From positions 768,001 to 832,000 of the forward strand of contig CAXXUA010000005.1 in NCBI GenBank assembly GCA_963663765.2: a DNA stretch of 64,000 nt, given 5' to 3'. Source of the DNA: Candidatus Poribacteria bacterium (GTDB taxonomy: Bacteria > Poribacteria > WGA-4E > WGA-3G). The position numbers were made by a program, and so were the translations under genes. The notes beneath the pieces were generated by a model, which was given only the letters and a program-made list of their open reading frames with translations, searched no databases and had not been told where the DNA came from. This document shows positions 60,865 through 64,000 of the stretch, in pieces (the stretch's first letter is position 1; every line of letters starts with the position of its first letter).

Positions 60865-60985
60865 CAGGGTTATTCAGTTTTCCTAAGTTTCAGATATATT
60901 TAAAAAGACAGCCCCCGGTAGGAGCGACCTCCCGGTCGCGATTTTCTCACAAAATGTGAAAAATGGTTAAAACTGAATAACCCTG
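60865..60985. mobile_element. CAGGGTTATT-type MITE with a GTAGGAGCGACC REP
   Basis: 9-bp TSD GATTACTTC. Confidence 0.88.
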
Positions 60986-61001
60986 GATTACTTCTAAAAG
61001 T

Positions 61002-64000
61002 TTAATCATTTTTGGTGAGTCCTAATGAACAGACAATTATAGGTTCTTGCATTTGGTGTTCTTCCTCAACAATGCAGAGTTTGCCATCGTTCCATAAATC
61101 GATCACAAGGTCAGCGAGTTGTTGTTTAGATACTCCGACGCGGAGTTGCCTGTTAAGAGTATCTCTTGCCACTGGACGCAGTGGATAACGGTATATATTT
61201 TCTATGACCTGTTTGAGTTCTGGTGTATCAAAGAGTCCACCTTCAACTTCTGATGCATAGTCTTTTAGTTGTTCATAAGTTCGGAAACGTGCGCCTGATT
61301 TTCGACCAAGTTGCCCACCGATTCTCCTGTCTTCAGAAATGATTAATCTTGCTGCTTCATGGACAAGGTGATGGTGTTTCTCTAATGGTTGTAATGCGTC
61401 AGTATCTGGTTCACAGGCGGCAGCTTGCAGAATAGTGAACTGTGATTCTGTCACACTTTCTCCATTTTTGTCTACCCATGCAAGAGCGTCATTGTCGTCC
61501 CCCGTTCTGATATAGACTAAAGCTCCTTCAGGTTGCATGTCTGTTGGTGAATGGGGTTTTGTTGAATAAACAACTGATGGGAGTTTAGTGATAATTTTCT
61601 CTAAGATTGGGTCTTCAGTGATTGCGTTTTTCCAGATTTGGTAAGCGTGAGAGGCGAGATCAACGTCGTTATCCATATCATCGTCGAGTAATCCTGAATG
61701 TTCATTATACAAGTCAACGAATATTTGGTTGCCTTCTTCACCGTCATCTTCAAAAAATGCCTCATCAGTACCGACAACTTCAGCGTTTTCTTGTAAACGT
61801 GTACGTACACGTCCTCGTAGATTGATAATCCGCTCAACCCCATCTGCTGGCAAAAAGGAGTAGCATAATATGTCTTCAGCTGTTTGTCCGATTCTGTCAA
61901 CACGTCCTGCGCGTTGAACTAACCTTATAATTGCCCACGGGAGGTCGTAGTTGACTACGATTGCGCAATCCTGTAAGTTCTGACCTTCACTCAGAACATC
62001 AGTGCTGATGAGTACACGCAACTCGTCTTCTGGTCTGATAGTGCCTTTTCTATTGTTGCTAATTGGACTGAATCGGGTTGCCAATTGTGTAGGGTTAGCG
62101 GAACCACCTGTAGCTGCTGCTAATTGTGTCACACCGCGTTCTTCTAAAACATCCTTTAAATAATGCACGGTGTCTGCAAATTGTGTGAAAACCAAAACCT
62201 TGGTATCTGGATGTGTTTGTGTTATTAGGTCTTCAAGTGCGTTGAGTTTTGCATCCCTTGTTTCATCCCAATCACCGTATTGTTGCAAAACCTGAATGAG
62301 AGCAGTCGCGTCTTCAGTTAACCGCTGCTTCAGGATAGGTATAAATAGGTTAGAACGTATCCATTTGAACCGTTTTTTATGCTTGGTCAAGTAGAGACTA
62401 TAGAATAATGCAGCGCGTTCTTGATAGTGTTCATGAGTATAGATAGTATCTTGTATATCTTCTGAATCTATCATTTCTGTGTCTTCATCATCAGTGTTTG
62501 CTGTGAGTAAATTTGGATCATCAGTATCCTCGTCGCTCAAACGTGTATCTAACATGGTAGCATCAAGTCCACCGATTGGAAAATGTTGCCCGTTCTCAAT
62601 TGCATAAAGAAAAATGTAGTTTCGTAAGATGTGTCTGTCAACGGATTGTATGAATGCTTTACCGCTACTTTCCAGCCGTTTAAACAGATTTGTGCGACAG
62701 AAACCCATGAGACGTTGTCCCGCTCGCGACAAATCCTGTAACTGCAATTTTTCTTTATCAGTTGCTGAAGCCATTGCGTCTTCATCTATATAATTCGCCA
62801 GTCCATATCGCGACAGATTGAGTTTGTTTATGGTATTCACCACATTTTCAGAATATAGCTGCGCGTAAGTATCCTCTGGGTCTTTTTCATCAATGGAGAA
62901 TTTGGCTGACTTTGGAATGCGTGTGGGAAAGTAGGATCGTGATCCATCAGGAAATAGCAGATATTTTCTTTTTGAATCGGTATCTTCTTCAGCATAGTTC
63001 TGCATGATGAAGCTGCGTGTTCTCCTGACAAGGTAGCGCCGCATGAGTTCTCTCCAGTCGTCAATTTCCTCACTGTGTTCAAATGCTGCGAGTGTCCGTA
63101 TTCCGCTTTGATGTTTCGTCATAAACATCAGTTTACCACCAATTTTATTGATGTAATGGTCTGGTCGAATGCCGATGTCTTCGGATTCATCAACAAATAG
63201 GCGGAGTTGATTTGAGAGATCGAGGAAGGTCTTGTTATATGGTGTTGCAGTGAGTAAAATTACTTTACTCTCATTTTTCTGAATATAGTCTTGAATTACA
63301 CTATAACGTTTACCTTCACGGTTTCTGAGATTATGGCTTTCGTCAATCATTACCAATCTATAACGTCTGAGATCGGGGAGTTTGTTTAATACCTGACTGA
63401 TTGAAAGCACCATGCCGCGTAAGCCGTATTCTTCTCGATAATGCTCCCACATGCTGACAAGATTTCTTGGGCAGATGATAAGTGTTTCAAGACCGAAATC
63501 GTCTTCCATTATCCGTGCAAGTGCTGTTCCCATAAGTGTTTTACCCAAACCGACAACATCCCCGATAAGTACACCGTCACGCTTGTTTAGGTGATGTGCG
63601 GCGATTTTTACAGCAGCTGTTTGGAACTCAAAAAGAATGTCTTCAAATTCGCGTGGAATCTTAAATTCATTTAATCCTGTCCGCGCTTCATGGGAAAGGT
63701 GATAAGCCATTTTTATGTAGATATGGTAAGGAGGAATCAGTTCTTCACGTGCCCAACTTTCCTCTATTATCTCAGCTAATGCTTTAGATATATCAATACA
63801 CCATTTTTCAGTCCATCTATCTTCGAACCAAGCTTCTAATTTCTGACATGCGTCAGAGTCAAGCACATCAATGTTGAGTTCTCCCTGTTGTGATAGTCCT
63901 GCAAGTGTCAGATTACTACTACCGAGATAGCCGACTGTTGGTGATACAATATCTTGTCGGTAAAGCAGGTATAGTTTAGCATGGAGTGGGTGTTTTAGAA
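61002..64000 (-). CDS. PLD-nuclease + SNF2-like helicase (5' end outside window)
   Basis: LHAKLY..GSSNLT..GELN at the window edge; DVVGLGKT, IDESHN, LTATP, SEGQNLQ, QRAGRVDRIG. Confidence 0.92.
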   Translation of the reverse strand, partial: LKHPLHAKLYLLYRQDIVSPTVGYLGSSNLTLAGLSQQGELNIDVLDSDACQKLEAWFEDRWTEKWCIDISKALAEIIEESWAREELIPPYHIYIKMAYHLSHEARTGLNEFKIPREFEDILFEFQTAAVKIAAHHLNKRDGVLIGDVVGLGKTLMGTALARIMEDDFGLETLIICPRNLVSMWEHYREEYGLRGMVLSISQVLNKLPDLRRYRLVMIDESHNLRNREGKRYSVIQDYIQKNESKVILLTATPYNKTFLDLSNQLRLFVDESEDIGIRPDHYINKIGGKLMFMTKHQSGIRTLAAFEHSEEIDDWRELMRRYLVRRTRSFIMQNYAEEDTDSKRKYLLFPDGSRSYFPTRIPKSAKFSIDEKDPEDTYAQLYSENVVNTINKLNLSRYGLANYIDEDAMASATDKEKLQLQDLSRAGQRLMGFCRTNLFKRLESSGKAFIQSVDRHILRNYIFLYAIENGQHFPIGGLDATMLDTRLSDEDTDDPNLLTANTDDEDTEMIDSEDIQDTIYTHEHYQERAALFYSLYLTKHKKRFKWIRSNLFIPILKQRLTEDATALIQVLQQYGDWDETRDAKLNALEDLITQTHPDTKVLVFTQFADTVHYLKDVLEERGVTQLAAATGGSANPTQLATRFSPISNNRKGTIRPEDELRVLISTDVLSEGQNLQDCAIVVNYDLPWAIIRLVQRAGRVDRIGQTAEDILCYSFLPADGVERIINLRGRVRTRLQENAEVVGTDEAFFEDDGEEGNQIFVDLYNEHSGLLDDDMDNDVDLASHAYQIWKNAITEDPILEKIITKLPSVVYSTKPHSPTDMQPEGALVYIRTGDDNDALAWVDKNGESVTESQFTILQAAACEPDTDALQPLEKHHHLVHEAARLIISEDRRIGGQLGRKSGARFRTYEQLKDYASEVEGGLFDTPELKQVIENIYRYPLRPVARDTLNRQLRVGVSKQQLADLVIDLWNDGKLCIVEEEHQMQEPIIVCSLGLTKND

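Noticed and set aside
1-64000. rRNA, tRNA, reverse transcriptase/DGR, prophage or RAYT gene
   Set aside because: No recognisable motifs by eye; a covariance-model or HMM search was not possible

Overview
Bacterial chromosome window, probably Candidatus Poribacteria (inference from a LamG protein ending in the VDPQDKLTTTWANIK tail, plus PhyH, sulfatase and lineage-specific 'SPxGFGPYP...GIDPYEYL' proteins). It holds housekeeping and metabolic genes (nuoABC, dppA, MATE, FAH, SDRs, cyclophilins, comM, Wzi/GT4/sugar transferase), three insertion sequences (IS5/ISL2-like, IS607 with an atypical TnpB, IS701-like) and a right-hand defence-type island (PLD-SNF2 helicase, N6-adenine MTase, RelE TA, TPR-Schlafen, DprA-like SLOG, XPB-Bax1). 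Intergenic DNA is dense with GTAG-type REP palindromes nested in several MITE families. Most notable: (1) about 14 copies of a 34-36 bp 'hairpin+GTTGATTTG' micro-element inserted mostly at C^G inside unrelated REPs and once inside another copy; (2) a MITE family duplicating a 21-bp REP hairpin on insertion, giving a CRISPR-like repeat-insert array; (3) two tandem RDD-PspA (bacterial ESCRT-III) fusion genes; (4) a rhodanese with UGA at the catalytic Cys (likely selenoprotein); (5) a pro-Fanzor-like IS607 TnpB. No rRNA, tRNA or true CRISPR array was seen. All calls are by eye, without database searches.
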